Source: Monocercomonoides exilis PA203 (taxonomy: Eukaryota; Protista; Preaxostyla). From it: 64,000 nucleotides of DNA. Made by a program: the position numbers and the translations under genes. The notes beneath the pieces are model-generated. The model had not been told where the DNA came from and did no database searches. It saw only the letters and a program-made list of their open reading frames with translations. Where the stretch lies: assembly GCA_001643675.2 (NCBI GenBank), contig LSRY02000003.1:1984001-2048000 (forward strand). Reading direction: 5' to 3'. Each line of letters begins with the position of its first letter. The first letter of the stretch is position 1. Of this stretch, positions 35,778 through 49,549 are shown piece after piece.

Positions 35778-36968
35778 GGAAAATTCAACTTTTTTCTTTT
35801 TTCATTATTAATTCACACAACTCACAATCCCATCGATGGAACCATCCTCCCAAACCTCAACAGTCCATTCACTTCTTTCTCTGCCTTCAACTCTTCTTTC
35901 CTCCACCAAACACGCTCTTCATCAAATGATCCTGTTGAATATATCGGATCCGAAACTCAAAAAAAGGAATTAAGAAGATTATCCTTTACTGCTTTGAATA
36001 GCTATCGCTTTGAGTGGTGCGAATGGAATGATTCAACTGGTGGATCTTCATCTGGCGGTGCACTTTATGTTTATTGTGCAAATGCCAATCTCACAATCAC
36101 TTCCTGTTCATTCAACAAATGCTCAAGTAACGGATACGGTGGAGCGTTATATTGTAATCTTTCGTTGAAGATTGATATCGCAAAATCCAATTTCACAAGT
36201 TGTTCTGCTTTACATGGAGGAGCAAATTGTTTATCTACTCCACAATCAAATTCTGTTTGGACGTTCTCAGATAACAGAGTGGAAAATTGTAAAATAACAG
36301 ATTGGTGTGGAACTGGTTGGTTTTTTGCCATCAGCACCTTATCTTCAAACGGTCAATTTTTGTTTTCTGAATGCAAGTGCATCTCAAATTCAGGTGGTGA
36401 TTCTGCAGGCTCTCTCACATTTCATTGGCCTCCGAATAGCAAGCCCAACCTGTTTTCAATCATTGAGTGTCAGTTCATCAATAATATGTTAACTTCATCA
36501 TCCACTTATGGCGGAGCAGGAATATACTTTGATGGAACTTACTCTTGGATGAATGGAATAAAATTCATCACATTCTGCTTCTTCGATGGCAACACTGCCA
36601 CAAATGGAAGAGGAAATGACGTGTTCTTCAGTGGTAATGCCATCACCCAATCCCCATTTGAGAATTGTGGCTCAACAACTCCAACTAAAAGAGTGTATAA
36701 TAATGGACAAGCTGATAATGCTGAATATAATGGCTGGCTTCCAATCATCAACCAGAACAAAATCGTTTCTAACAGCGGAACTGATGTCGATGTCTGTGGC
36801 AGGCCCCAACAGACCCCATGCGCCACCATCGAGTATGCCCTCAACGGCTTCATTTCCCTCCTCCACGACGCCTCTCTCACCCTCCTTTCCTCAGCATTTG
36901 TTCCTTCTCAAACACTAACTTTCGAAGCGGTTGACACCATAATCACTTTGACAATGAACTTTTTCTAA
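35778..36968 (+). pseudogene. Variable beta-helix cassette 8 (5' truncated, no in-frame ATG)
   Basis: Frame is open from 35778 (TAA at 35775) through THNPIDGTILPN into ORF 35994-36968. The ATG at 35767 is out of frame. Confidence 0.8.
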
Positions 36969-38198
36969 TTTCTATATTATTCCTTACATTTTCTTATTTT
37001 CACCATTTTCCATATCATAGAAAAATTCATAATCTTTCAAAGCATTTCATTTGAGGAATATATCATCACTTATCTTTCATAGAGCCCAAAATCAGCACAG
37101 ATTATATTATTTCTTTGTCATTTTTTCATCCAATTTCGCTTCTTCATCAAATGAAAATAAAACTCGTTGCTAAATGGAATCTTCCCTTTTCCTTTCTTCA
37201 AAAATAATTCCTTCAAGCATATTCGAAGGTTTTCCACAATTATAATTTCCTCACCTTTCCTATTCAGATGTCAACCTGATATTCGTCCCATTTTTTATAT
37301 AGAATTATCCTTCAATTATTTGTTTTCAAATAAATTATGTTCTCCTCGTTTAATCATCCTCTCATTCCATTGAAGGCAAATGACGTTGTGAAATTTGTCG
37401 AAGGTCATCCTCGTAATCATTCGCCTCAAACATCCTATCCTGTCCTGTTCTTTATGTTTTCGGTGAATTCTTTCAACTTCCAAATGAAAAATGTCAGATT
37501 CGATCTTTATAGATTGTGCGCCCAATGTCGGCTATTCTTGGTTTGATATTGAATCACTTCCATTGACATATAATTTATACAGATATTTCGTTATAGAATA
37601 AATAATCCTTTTCCGTTTCAGAAAAGAAAATAAAAGATGAGGTATGGTGCTGCATTTAACAGGAGTTGAATGAATTTGAATAAACATTATTTTTGTTGAT
37701 CATCGAAGAAGGGGTTGAAGAATACGATGAAAATGAAATGAATGAATTCGTCTTGACGGTTTTTTTTCATCACGAGAATCGTGAATGAAAAGATGGATAA
37801 TTTTGCGATTGATCTTCCGAGATGAAGAAAAGAAAATGAAACATTTTTTGGTTCAATTTGGTGACTCCTCTGAATTGAATGGTATAAATGCATCAGATGG
37901 TTGATTCCTCGATGCAACGCAGCGTGAGTAAAAATTACACAGAAAAATGAAAGGAAGAAGAAGGCAAAGAATTTGAGGAAGAGGATGAAGGAGAAGGAGA
38001 ACCACTACGATAATGAGGAGCATATGTATTGATGATGATGATGATGCTGATGATGATGATGATGATGAAGATGTTGAAGAAGGTGAAAAAGATGTTGAAG
38101 AAGAAGAAGGAGACTACGATGATGAACGAAAAGAATAAGTTGATTAAAGGTTGAGATTTGCTTATGAAAATGATAACAAATGAAAACAGAGTGTTTCG

Positions 38199-39488
38199 AT
38201 GAATTTTCTATTTTTTCTCTTCTTTTATTTTTGTGTGTTCATATTACAAACAAAAGTTTCCAACTCCTCCCTTTCCGTCCGCTCAACCATCTTCAAACAC
38301 ACTCAAAACCCCATCGATGGTGCCATCCTCCCCAACCTCAACAACCCATCCACTTCCCTCTCTGCCTTCAACACCTCTTTTCTTCACCAAACACGATCTT
38401 CATCAAATGGCCCTATTGTACATGTTGGAACAGAATCTCAAAGAGCGAAACCTGGAAGACTGACTTCGTTTGATCTGAACAGTCATCGCTTTGAATGGTG
38501 TGAATGGAATGATTCAAATGGACAAAATGATTATGGTGGTGCTCTTAAAGTTGTTTGCGAAAATGCCAACCTCACAATCACTTCTTGTTCATTCAATAAT
38601 TGTTCAACAAATGTATCCAATGGTGGAGCGATATACACTTACTGTTTGCAGAATGTGAACATCACAAATTCCAATTTTTCAAACTGTTCTGCCACTCGCG
38701 GAGGTGCAATTTGCATTGATGGAAGACAATCATCTTCTGTTTATTCGTTTTTAGACAACAGAGTTGAAGGTTGTAAAATAAATGGTACTGTTGGAACTGG
38801 TTGGTATTTTTATATTGAAGATTTTTCATCAAATGGTCAATTCTTGTTCACAAAATGCAAGTGCATCTCAAATATCGGAGGTGATGCAGCTGGCTCATTA
38901 ACATTTTCTTATCCTCCACAAAATAAACCAAATCAATTTTTAATAAATGATTGTCAGTTTATGAATAATAAATTGACAAGTTCATCAACACGAGGTGGCG
39001 CTGCAATGTTTTTCAGAGACACATATTCTTGGATGAATGGAATAAAATTCATCACATTCTGCTTCTTCGATAGCAACACTGCAACTAATGGCAGAGGGAA
39101 TGATGTATTCTTCAATGGAAGCAGCATCACTCAATCTCCTTTCCAGCAATGCGGTTCAACAACTCCAACAAAAAGAGTGTGGAATGCAGGAACTGCAGAT
39201 AGCAGTGTGTACAATGGATGGCTTCCAATCATCGACCAGAACAAAATCGTTTCTAACAGCGGAACTGATGCTGATGTCTGTGGCAGACCCCAACAGACCC
39301 CATGTGCCACCATCGAGTATGCCCTCACTGGCTTCATTTCCCTCCTCCAAGACGCCTCTCTCACCCTCCTCTCCTCAATATTTGTTCCCACTCAAACACT
39401 CACTTTCTATGCAGTTTACACAAAAATCACTGGAAATGATGAACATTTTCTAATTTCATTAAAATTTCTTCCATTTTTCACAAAATAG
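38199..39488 (+). CDS. Variable beta-helix cassette 9 (intact signal peptide, 429 aa)
   Basis: Hydrophobic leader MNFLFFLFFYFCVFILQTK, then NPIDG and the full framework. Homology ends at YTKITGN. Confidence 0.85.
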   Translation: MNFLFFLFFYFCVFILQTKVSNSSLSVRSTIFKHTQNPIDGAILPNLNNPSTSLSAFNTSFLHQTRSSSNGPIVHVGTESQRAKPGRLTSFDLNSHRFEWCEWNDSNGQNDYGGALKVVCENANLTITSCSFNNCSTNVSNGGAIYTYCLQNVNITNSNFSNCSATRGGAICIDGRQSSSVYSFLDNRVEGCKINGTVGTGWYFYIEDFSSNGQFLFTKCKCISNIGGDAAGSLTFSYPPQNKPNQFLINDCQFMNNKLTSSSTRGGAAMFFRDTYSWMNGIKFITFCFFDSNTATNGRGNDVFFNGSSITQSPFQQCGSTTPTKRVWNAGTADSSVYNGWLPIIDQNKIVSNSGTDADVCGRPQQTPCATIEYALTGFISLLQDASLTLLSSIFVPTQTLTFYAVYTKITGNDEHFLISLKFLPFFTK

Positions 39489-39652
39489 AAAAATCCTTGA
39501 GTTTTCATCCCGTTTTCATTTGAAGAATATATCATCACTTGTTTTTTCATATATCATAAACTCATATCACATAAAAACATTTCTTCGATATTTCCTCTTC
39601 GAATTTCTCCTTTTCATCCAATGAAAATAAAGTTCTTTGCTTCAAAGAATCA

Positions 39653-40490
39653 TCCGTTTTCCTCTCTTCGATCATATCAGAAAGTTTTTCAAAAACATCA
39701 ATTTTCATCAGCTTTCTTATTCCAACTTGTTAGTATCCAATTGGAGCAAGAATCTCATATAATTTCTTTTCAAATAAGCCTTTCCCTCTAAATTCCTTTT
39801 CCTCTTCATTTCATTTCCAACAATTTGCTCCAGTTTCGTAGATGTGTAACCTGCCGAAGTCTATTTAGGAACCCAGTCATTCCAAACAAAAATCGCTTCA
39901 ATGCCCTTTCTGTTTTCACTGCAAATGCTTCAGCTTCCAAATGAAAAAAGTCAAACCTATCTTCCTTTTTTTTTTTTATTTTGCGCTGCTAATAGCCTAT
40001 TCTCCTCTAAAAATTACTTTCATTTCGTTGTCTCATAATTTCGGCTGTTATTCCGCGATTAAATGAATATTCTTTTTGTGTTTCCAAATTGATGCTGAAG
40101 GCGAAGCGTGCTGTAAAGTCTGAGGGTGGTTGAATGAAATGAAAAAATCAAGATTATTTTTGTTTTTCATCGAAGAAGGCATTGAAGAAGAATACGAATT
40201 TGAAGATGGTGCACTTGATAGGAAAGGACAAGACGCAGAAGATATTGAAGATGTTGAAGAAGTTGAAGAAGAATACGAAGAAAATGACGAGGAAAATGAC
40301 GAGGAAAATGACAAATAAGGTGAAGAAGAAGAAGGGGAAGATAAATATTTATGGTGTTTGAGAAATATATAAAAAATGCAAAAATGTTTCCGCAGAAGGA
40401 GGATGGTGTTATGTGTGTTGTCAGTTGATTATAAAAAACTTTTTCGATAGGTTGATTTTGGTTGAAAAAGAATTTCATAATCTCCATTAT
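39653..40490 (+). repeat. Outer ~840 bp inverted repeat arm (partner 58316-59153)
   Basis: Identical mirrored ORFs (40048-40314 and 58492-58758). Coordinate sum is 98806 at both ends. Confidence 0.92.
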
Positions 40491-41227
40491 TGTATTGGAC
40501 AAATTGATGCGACGTATCAAAATCGGTAATCCACGAATCAGTGGTTGATTTTGAGTGATTGTCAAACACTTCTTGGCTCAAACAGGAAATGAAGTTGAAT
40601 AATTGTCGCTTAAAATACAAACAAAATAAACATCTGATGAAGATATTGGCAAAGAAGAAAATGAACACGAGCACGAAGACGAAGACTAAAAAGAAGAAGA
40701 AGAAGAAGAAGAAGGGGAAGAAGAAGGTGAAGAAGAGGGTGAAGAAGACGAGAAGATTGAAAGACGAATAATCAGTCAAATAATATTGTCAAAAAAGATG
40801 ATGAAAATAATTTGAATGATGTTGTCAGTTGGCAAAATATAACATTTGATAAGTTGATTTCAGAAGGAATATAAAACCCCAATAACAAATAATATTGGCC
40901 AATTAGCATTTATTTATCAATGAAAACTGATATCCTCAGTTCATTTGCAAACTTTGTGTGGTTTCATTTCCTTCTCTCCAAAAACAAAAAATTATGATGT
41001 TTGTCTGTTGGTTCTGAAAATACAAAAGGCATCAAATGAAGATGAATACGAAGATGAAGAGGAAAAGGAAGAAGTTGAATAAGGTGAAGAATATGATGCA
41101 GAAGTATGTTGTATTGCTTGTTTTGAGGTTGGTGTTGATGGATCAGATGATAAAGACGAAGATAAAGACGAAGAAAATGAAAAAAAAGGGTAAGAAGTGT
41201 TGTGTATAGAATGTGTCTGTCGGAGTT

Positions 41228-44200
41228 ATAGAAGCTTTCAGATTGCATTTCTCTGAATGAGAATGTTCTCATTGGCTTATTTTGGAATTCATGGGAAAAC
41301 GATGATGGTTGAAGGAATTAAACAGCAAGGAAAAGAGGAAGAAAATAAAAAAGATGAAAATGAAGAAGACGAAGATGAAGCAGCAGAAGGCGAAGACGAC
41401 GAAGAGAGTGGAGAAGAAGAAGAGGTTAATGGAGTTGAAGAAGTTGAAGAAGGCGAAGAAGACGAAGAAGAAGCTGTGTGATGTGATGAAAATGAATGAA
41501 CTGATGAGTTGATTGAAGGTTGAGATTTGCGGAAATGAATATAAATAAAAACTAAGATTTTCGATGAAATCATTTTTTCTTCTTTCATTTTTGTTTGTTT
41601 TTCTTGCAAGCAAAATCCTCCAATTCAACCATCTTCCTCCTCACCCACAACCCCATCGATGGTGCCATCCTCCCCAACATCAACAACCCATCCACTTCTC
41701 TTTCTGCCTTCAACACTTCCTTTCTCCACCAAACACGTTCTTTATCAAATGATCCCGTTGAATATATTGGTTCTGAGTCTCAAAGAAAGGAATTAAAAAG
41801 ATTGCCCTTTACTGGTTTGAACAGCTATCTCTTTGAGTGGTGCGAATGGAATGATTCAAGCAGTGGATCAAGTGACTGGGGTGGAGCACTGCATGTTTCT
41901 TGCACGAATGCAAATCTCTCAATCAGCTCTTGTTCATTTTTCAACTGTTCGAGCGGCGACGAAGGAGGAGCCTTATTCTGTCAAAATTTGTTGAAAATCT
42001 CTCTCACAAAATCCAATTTCTCGAGCTGTTCAGCTGCTCATGGAGGAGCAGTCACCTCATGGTATCCGCAATCAAATTCTGTTTGGACATTCCAAGATAA
42101 CAGAGTCGAAAGTTGTTCAATAACTGATTGGTGTGGAACTGGCTGGTATTTTAGGCTCGAAAGCATGCCTTCTAATGCTCAATTCCTGTTTTCCAAATGC
42201 AAGTGCATTGCTAATTCTGGTAAAGATTCTGCTGGCTCTTTAACATTCAGTTGGCCTCCACAAAATAAACCAAATCAATTTTTAGTTAATGATTGTCAGT
42301 TCTTAAACAACAAATTGACATCAACTTCAACTTCATGGGGAGGAGCTGCGCTGTGTTGCACAGCAACTTATTCCTGGATGAATAGTATAAAATTCATCAC
42401 ATTCTGCTTTTTCGATGGAAACACTGCCAAAAATGGCAGAGGGAATGATGTGTTTTTCAATGGTAATTCCATCACTCAATCTCCATTCCAGCAATGTGGC
42501 TCAACAACCCAAGCAAAAAGAATGCAGATTAATAAAACTGCAGATTATCAGACTTTCAATAGCTGGCTTACTCTCATTTTTTCTTTCTTTATCATCGCCT
42601 CTCATCTCTTTCCTTCTTTTCTCTCTTTTTTCATATTTTTGATTTCTCTTGTAATTCATCGTATTGTCTTCTTTGTTGTTCTGCTTTTCAATTTTTTCGC
42701 TTCTCAAGCATCTTCCTTTTCTTATCCAAATAATCTCTTTTGTGCTGTTCAACCTTCCTTCTCTTCTCAAATTTTATTTCCAACTCATATTTGAAATTCA
42801 TTCATCTTCTTCCTTTCATTCAAAAAACCCCTCTTCCATTTTCTCTATTCTATTTCCTTTCCAGTTCTCCTCTCAAAACACGCTCTTCATTCTCATTCTC
42901 TTTCTCTTTCTCCTCTTCTTTCATTCTTCTTCTAACTCTTGTTTTTATTTCTGATTATTTCCTTCAGCCGCAAAATTTCTCCGTTTCTTCATTTCGTTCA
43001 TGATCTCTGACGATGAAACAGATCATGAAGAAATTCGATCAGATGAAGTGAATGAAGAAGAAGAAGAAGCGTGTGAAATGTTGTTGATATATTTGAAGAA
43101 GATGATGATGATGAACGGATTGAATGTGATTATTAATTGTTGAAAATTGAGAAGATGAGCGTCAATTAATGTCAACGGAGAAATTCATTGAAATTCTCTT
43201 CTTATGTTCCTTTTTCTTCTTGCAAACAATAGCCTCTGAACATTTTTCACTTTCAGCTCAATCTCTTTCTCTCTTTCCATCTAAAAATATGAAAAATTGA
43301 GCGTTCCCTTTTTCATTCCATGCCTTCTTCTTTCACTTCCCTTATTTCACTCAAATTATCTTTCCTCAAAAATAATTATTTGTCAAAGCCCAATGCCAAG
43401 CATCTTCGAAATATCTCGCATTTCATCTGTCCTTCTTTATTCTTCCTTCCCAACTTTTCTTCTTCAAAGCCATCTAATCCTTCATTCTTTCAGCATTCTT
43501 AAAACAAAATAATAATTACTTCAAAAAATAACAATATCAAACCTTCAGAACCAATGCTCAAGTCAATAACTCTATTTTATCCAATTGGCAACTGTTTCCC
43601 CTCAATAAAAATTCATAATTCCTTCCTTTTTCGAATGTTTCATCATCTGATTCGCAAATAATCCTTTCCAGAAGTCATTTCCCCATCAAATGCAGCGATT
43701 TCTTGCTCTTCTGAAAATGTGAAATTTTTGATTTCTGCTCAAATTCCATTCTCATCATTGAAAAATGTCCTGTTTTTCGTCGGAAAATATCATCTCCAAT
43801 TCCCTTCCCAATCCCTTCACCCTGGGCACTTTCCATATGAATTCGCTCTCCCAACTCCATAGCCACCATGCACAACGAGATATCCCGCTTTCATTCATTT
43901 TCATTCTTTTCCACTTCCTGCCCTGAAAGAAACACAAAATACATCAAAAGGCAAATATTCATATAAATAAAAATAAATAAATGTCAAACTGAACTTCGAC
44001 TGTGTTTTGCCAAACACCCTCATTTCCACAACAATCATCATTCAAAAAATAAATCAATCTCTTCATTTCAGTCTCAGAATGATTGAATACAGCACGGAAT
44101 GCATCTCCACAAAATACATTGTATATCTCACTGGAGGGTCTTCTCAGCCCGTACACATTGTGGTGGATGTCCAGAGGGGTTTTTTCTGTTTTTGGCATGA

Positions 44201-45304
44201 TCATCTCCTTTAATAATATTCTCAACCACCAAAAGAAGTATTTGATGTTTATCTCATCAACACCTTGCACAGGTGGAATATGGGGCAGAGAAGAGATGGA
44301 AGAATATTTTTTGTGGCAGGGGGTGGGAGTTGCTTGTTTTTTTGAATGTTTATATTTCAAGAGGGGCTTTTGAATGAAAGAAATTCTGAGACAAAGGGGT
44401 GGGGAAGAGCAAGTGGAAATTTGGAGGAAAATGTAGAAAATATGTAGAGAAGTGACTGGGGATGATGAAAGAGGACTGATTGTTGATTGGAGATATGGAT
44501 TTTGAAAAGAAAGAAAAGGGGTTAAAGTGGAAAAGAGGAGGAATATTCTGAAGTGTTCAAATGGAAAGGGGTGTTTTTTTATGAGAGGAGAAGGTATTTT
44601 GGAAGAGATGGGGAAAGATGAAGAAAAGGAGGGGATTGATATTTTTTGATGATTTTGCGAGCTGAATGGAAGAGGAAAATTGGAAAGGAATGGAAATTAA
44701 GAAATATTTTCATTATTTGTTTTTGAGGGGAAAGGAGAGGAAATCGCAAAAAGAAAGTGAATTGACTTTGAAGAAATACAGCAAGAGTGATTTCCACAAT
44801 CTGTTCGTCACAAATATTGTGATTGAATTTTTCAAGCCAATCAGAAGTTTATACATCAAGTGAGACGTTTTGGCCAACCAACGACATCGCACAAAGCGTT
44901 CTCATCATCTTTCTCAGTAATGCCAGTTGACTGATTGCACACTTCTCTGTCACATCATTTCTTCTTCCTCCTCATCGTTTCCTTCTTCTTCGTCTTCTTC
45001 TTCGTCGTAGTCTTCTGATAATCCTCCTTCATTCAATCGATCATCTTCCTCATTTCTCGATTTACAAACACAAAATTCGCTTTCTCACAATTCACTTGCT
45101 TATTCAGCGACAAGCACACCTGTTATGAATCGCATGGCCAAAAACACGCAAAATCTTCTTCAGTCAACCATTTCTTCTTCTTCTTCTTCTTCTTCTTCTT
45201 CTTCTTCTTCTTCTTCTTCTTCTTCTTCAACTCCTTCTTCGATGAACATCAAAAATGATACTGTTTTTTTCAGTTCGTTCAACTCCCATCGAATTCAGGG
45301 CCAA
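41228..45304 (+). repeat. Left arm of a ~4.1 kb near-perfect inverted repeat (partner 53785-57863)
   Basis: Mirrored identical ORFs with coordinate sums of 99091-99092. The differences I noticed are a 1-nt T-tract indel near 44645 and one TTC unit. Confidence 0.95.
41564..42794 (+). pseudogene. Variable beta-helix cassette 10 (frameshift in the T-rich signal peptide; hydrophobic non-family tail)
   Basis: ATG 41564 (MKSFFLLSFLF) is one frame off the 41595-42794 family ORF. Homology ends at ~42570 (FNSWL). Confidence 0.8.
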
Positions 45305-45981
45305 GCCTCATCTTTCATTCTTACTCAGAAAGACAAAAGGATTATTCATTCTTTCACAGAATAACAGCTGAAGTCATCTGCCAATGGAAGTGATTCTCCA
45401 CAAAGCAAAAAATAGTTTGCACGTTATCAACAACTGAATCAATTCTGGCTTTTTCATTTGGAAGCTGAAGCATTTGAAGAGAAAGAAAAAGGGCATTGAA
45501 GCGATTTTTGTTTGGAATGAATGAGTTTGAAAATAGCCTTCGACTGATTACACAGCTACGAAGCAACAGCGAATTATTGCAAATGAAACGATGAGGAAGA
45601 AAAGGAATCGAGAGGAAAAGACTTATTTGAAGGGAAATTTCAAAGAGGTTGTTGCACTAATCGGACGCGAACAAGTTGAAATCGGAATGTTGAGGAAATT
45701 AATGTTTTTGAAAAACTTTCTGATAAGATCGAAGAGAGGAAAACGGAAAATTGCTTTCAACAATGAGCTTTATTTGCATTGGATGAAAAGGAGAAATTCG
45801 AAGAGGAAATATCGAAGAAGTGTTTTTATCTGGGCTGATTTTAGACTTCTCGAAAGACAAGCGATGATATGTTCTCGTATTGAAAAGAAGATGATAGGTG
45901 TTGGATATTTCTCTGATATGGAAAATATTCAAAATTAATAAATGGAAGAAATTCTGATGAAAACAGAAAAAATACATCTTT

Positions 45982-47331
45982 TCAAGTGATATTTATATTT
46001 GGAGAACGGAATGTGAGAGTCTTTGTGGGAGTGAAAGTGGAGACGAGAAGGGTGAGGGAGGCATCGCTGAAGGGAGCAACGCATCCGAGAGCATATTCCA
46101 CTGTGGCACAGGAGCTTTGCTGTGTTTTGCCGCAGGCATCGACATCACTTCCATTGCTGGCAACGATTTTATTCTGGTTGATGATTGGAAGCCAGTCATT
46201 ATACACAGCATTATCAGCTTGTCCATTATTATACACTCTTTTTGATGGGGTTGTTGAGCCACAATTCTCAAATGGGGATTGGGTGATGCTGCTTCCATTG
46301 AAAAACACATCATTTCCTCTTCCATTTGTAGCCGTATTGCCATCGAAGAAACAAAATGTGATGAATTTTACTCCATTCATCCATGAATATGGTGGAAGGA
46401 AGCAAATTGCAGCACCACCATAATTGGCAGAGGCAGTCAATTTGTTGTTTATAAACTGGCAATCATTGATCAAAAACTGACTTGGTTTGTTATTTGGAGG
46501 GTAATGAAATGTTAAAGAACCAGCAGCATCACCACCAGAATTTGCGATGCACTTGCAGTTTGTGAACAGGAATTGGCAAGTTGAGGTCATATTATTGAGC
46601 CAAAAATACCAACCTGTTCCACACCAGTATGTTATTGAACAACTTTCCACTATATTATCGGAGAATGTCCAGACAGAATTGGATTGAGGATACCTGATGC
46701 AATTCGCTCCACCGTGTTCAGCTGAGCAGCCCGTGAAATTTGATTTTGTCATATTGATTTTCAACAAGTAATGGCTGTATAATGCTCCTCCGCCACATTC
46801 TTTTCCTGTGCAATAACAATTGTTGAATGAACAAGAAGTGATTGTGAGATTTGCATTGGTGCAAACAACTTGAAGTGCCCCACCAGATGAAGAGCCACCA
46901 TTTGAATCATTCCATTCACACCACTCAAAATGATGGCTGTTCACATCAAACGAAGTCAGCCTACCTGGTCTCTTTCTATCAGTTTCATTTCCAATATGAA
47001 CCACAGGATCATTTGATGAAGAGCGAGTTTGATGAAGGAAAGAAGCATTGAAGGCAGAGAGAGAAGTGGCAGGGCTGTTGATGTTGGGGAGGATGGCACC
47101 ATCGATGGGGTTGTGGGTGTGGAGGAAGATGGTTGAGTGGATGGAGAGGGATGAGTGAAGAGAGAAGGAGGGAATTGTATTGGTGTTGGTGTTGGTGGAA
47201 GAGGAAGAAGAGGAAGAAGTGGTTGGGGTGAATGGGTTGAGTGAGTGGGAGGGAAGAGATGGAAGTGATAGAGGGGATTGGGGAGAGGAGATGTTGGAGA
47301 AGATGGTGTTTGATGAATGAAAAAAGCCATA
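45982..47331 (-). pseudogene. Variable beta-helix cassette 11 (Ser-rich leader, no in-frame ATG, GCVAPF type)
   Basis: Frame is open from 47331 (TAA 47334-47332) into ORF 45982-47004. The GGA of KITG is TGA here (NINIT*). Confidence 0.8.
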
Positions 47332-49310
47332 TTAAAAGAGCTTTTGTGTTTGTTTATGTTTGAAGCCAAATTATTGTTCATGATATAAAAATCATATTTG
47401 AAGTGTTTTCATTCAATTTTCATGCAAATCTATTTTGTTTTCTGTGATGAAAGATCAAAAATTCAATTGAATGATTGTTCGTTTCTCGTTACAAATTATT
47501 TATTTTGTTTCATTTTCATAAGTATTTTTTTTTTTCATTAATGCATTTGAAAAACAAAAAAACCATATTTTTTTTTGAAAAATGCACAAATCAAACGATT
47601 GATTATCAATACAAAACAGTTTCATCATTTTGTGAGATTTATTTTCATTCATGAAAAGAACATCAAAAAAAGATTTCATTGTTTAGTGAATAAACATTTT
47701 GCATTTTCTTGGTATTTTCCAATAAAACTTAACAAATCTGATTCACCTTTGATAGAATTGAACATTTGAGTTTTTCAAAGATGAATTCAATAATTTCAAA
47801 AAAAGAATATTTATAATGAATTGGGTTGATGATTTTCTGAGGATTTTATTTCATTGAATATGGTTTATGAAAAACACATTAATGAGTATTATTTTTGTAG
47901 AAGGGGAAAAAAATTGAAAAATTGATTCTTAGTCCAATAACAGTTGAGCAAATAAATTTTGTCTATCCTTTTTATTTGCTTTGAAATACAACTTCAAAAC
48001 CCATTCAACAACAAATACATTTTTTCTTCAATTCTTTAATGAAATATTCACAAATTTTTGTCTCTTTCGTACAAGATAATCTTATTTTCTTTTCTTCAAT
48101 TTTTTTTTCATTTTTTCTCATTTTTCATTTTCAACACCATTCAGTTTATTTGATTGTTTTTGAATTGAAGCAAAAAGACAAATGACAAACGATTGCCAAA
48201 AGGGAACGAAAACAGAGAATTTTCAAATTGATTGAAAAACCGATAGATAATTACAATTCAGATTTTCTAAATTATGCAAAATTATTTTTGAATATTCGGC
48301 TTGAATGTTATTCAGGTGAAGATAAATAAAGGATATTATTATCGAATTTCTTTTCCAACTCACTTTGCAACTCAAAAATAGATATGAAAAAGAAATTTGA
48401 AAATATTCCTGATGTTAATATTCATTTTCGTAATATTTTATGAGTTGGAACTGAAATTTGATTGAAATATTAGGTTTTCATTTTCGAAAGAAAAATTTGA
48501 ACAAATGGGTTAAACAAATGAAAAATTGGAATTCATTTTGATTTCGTCTGATAAAAGCCAACATGTATTTGAATTTGTGTTGAAATGCTTTCATTAATTA
48601 AAAGACATATTGATGATCACGTTTTCATCATAGTTTTCAAAAACTGTGAAATGAGATTATTATAGCGGGGAAAAAATATGGTTTAACTTTAGATGAATTG
48701 AAAATAAAAAAAAACTCCTATTCATGTTTCATTATCTTTTCATCAAAAATGGACAAAAAGAACGAGAGTTGGCTCAAAATGAACCAAATATAAATTATTT
48801 ATTCAAAAGATCTTGTTCATAATCATTGAAGCGTTTGAGCAAAAACAAATAATGTTCAAATGTTTGATTAGAAATATTGACTGGAAAAAATCTGTAATTT
48901 GTCATTAACGTATTGTGCCTTAAAATATGAAATGAAAAGTTGTTGATCAATTTTGTGAAACACAACGTTAAACGATAAAACAACAAGAAAAATTTTTTTT
49001 TGTTTTTGAAATATCAGCATCATTCAAGATAATATTCAAAAATTGTTCATGAATCAGAATAAAAACTTCATCTTTGAAATCAAATGGATAGTTTGCAGTG
49101 TTATCATTTTTTATTTTGATAGCATTTATTCCAATTTGATGATAACAGTCTTTTCCATTTGAAGAATTGAATATTCAGCTTTCCTCATGATATTACACAA
49201 TTTTCTTTATTAATGAAAAAAAGAATTCATGGTTAAAATAATTCATTAATGCACAAATTCTGTACGAATCAAATTCTTAATGATACAATCATTGTTATAA
49301 TCCTTTATTT

Positions 49311-49549
49311 GGGTGATTCTTTTTGAAAAGTCACTAATGTTTAATTTTCTAATACTTCAAAATTTTCATATTTTGCTAAATACTTTGTTAACAAATATCA
49401 AACTTCACATTAATAGAATCTATCACTTGATAATGTTATTTCAAACATTCTTGAGGAGATTTGTGAGCTGAAACTGAAATTTGAGCAAAATATGAAATTT
49501 TTGAAGCATTTGAAAATTAAACATTTGTGACTTTTCAAAAAGAATCACC
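49311..49549. mobile_element. MITE-like element with ~70 bp TIRs starting GGTGATTCTTTTTGAAAAGTCAC
   Basis: Arms 49312-49381 and ~49479-49549 are reverse complements with few mismatches. TATTT flanks both sides. A further partial arm lies at ~49588-49640. Confidence 0.75.
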
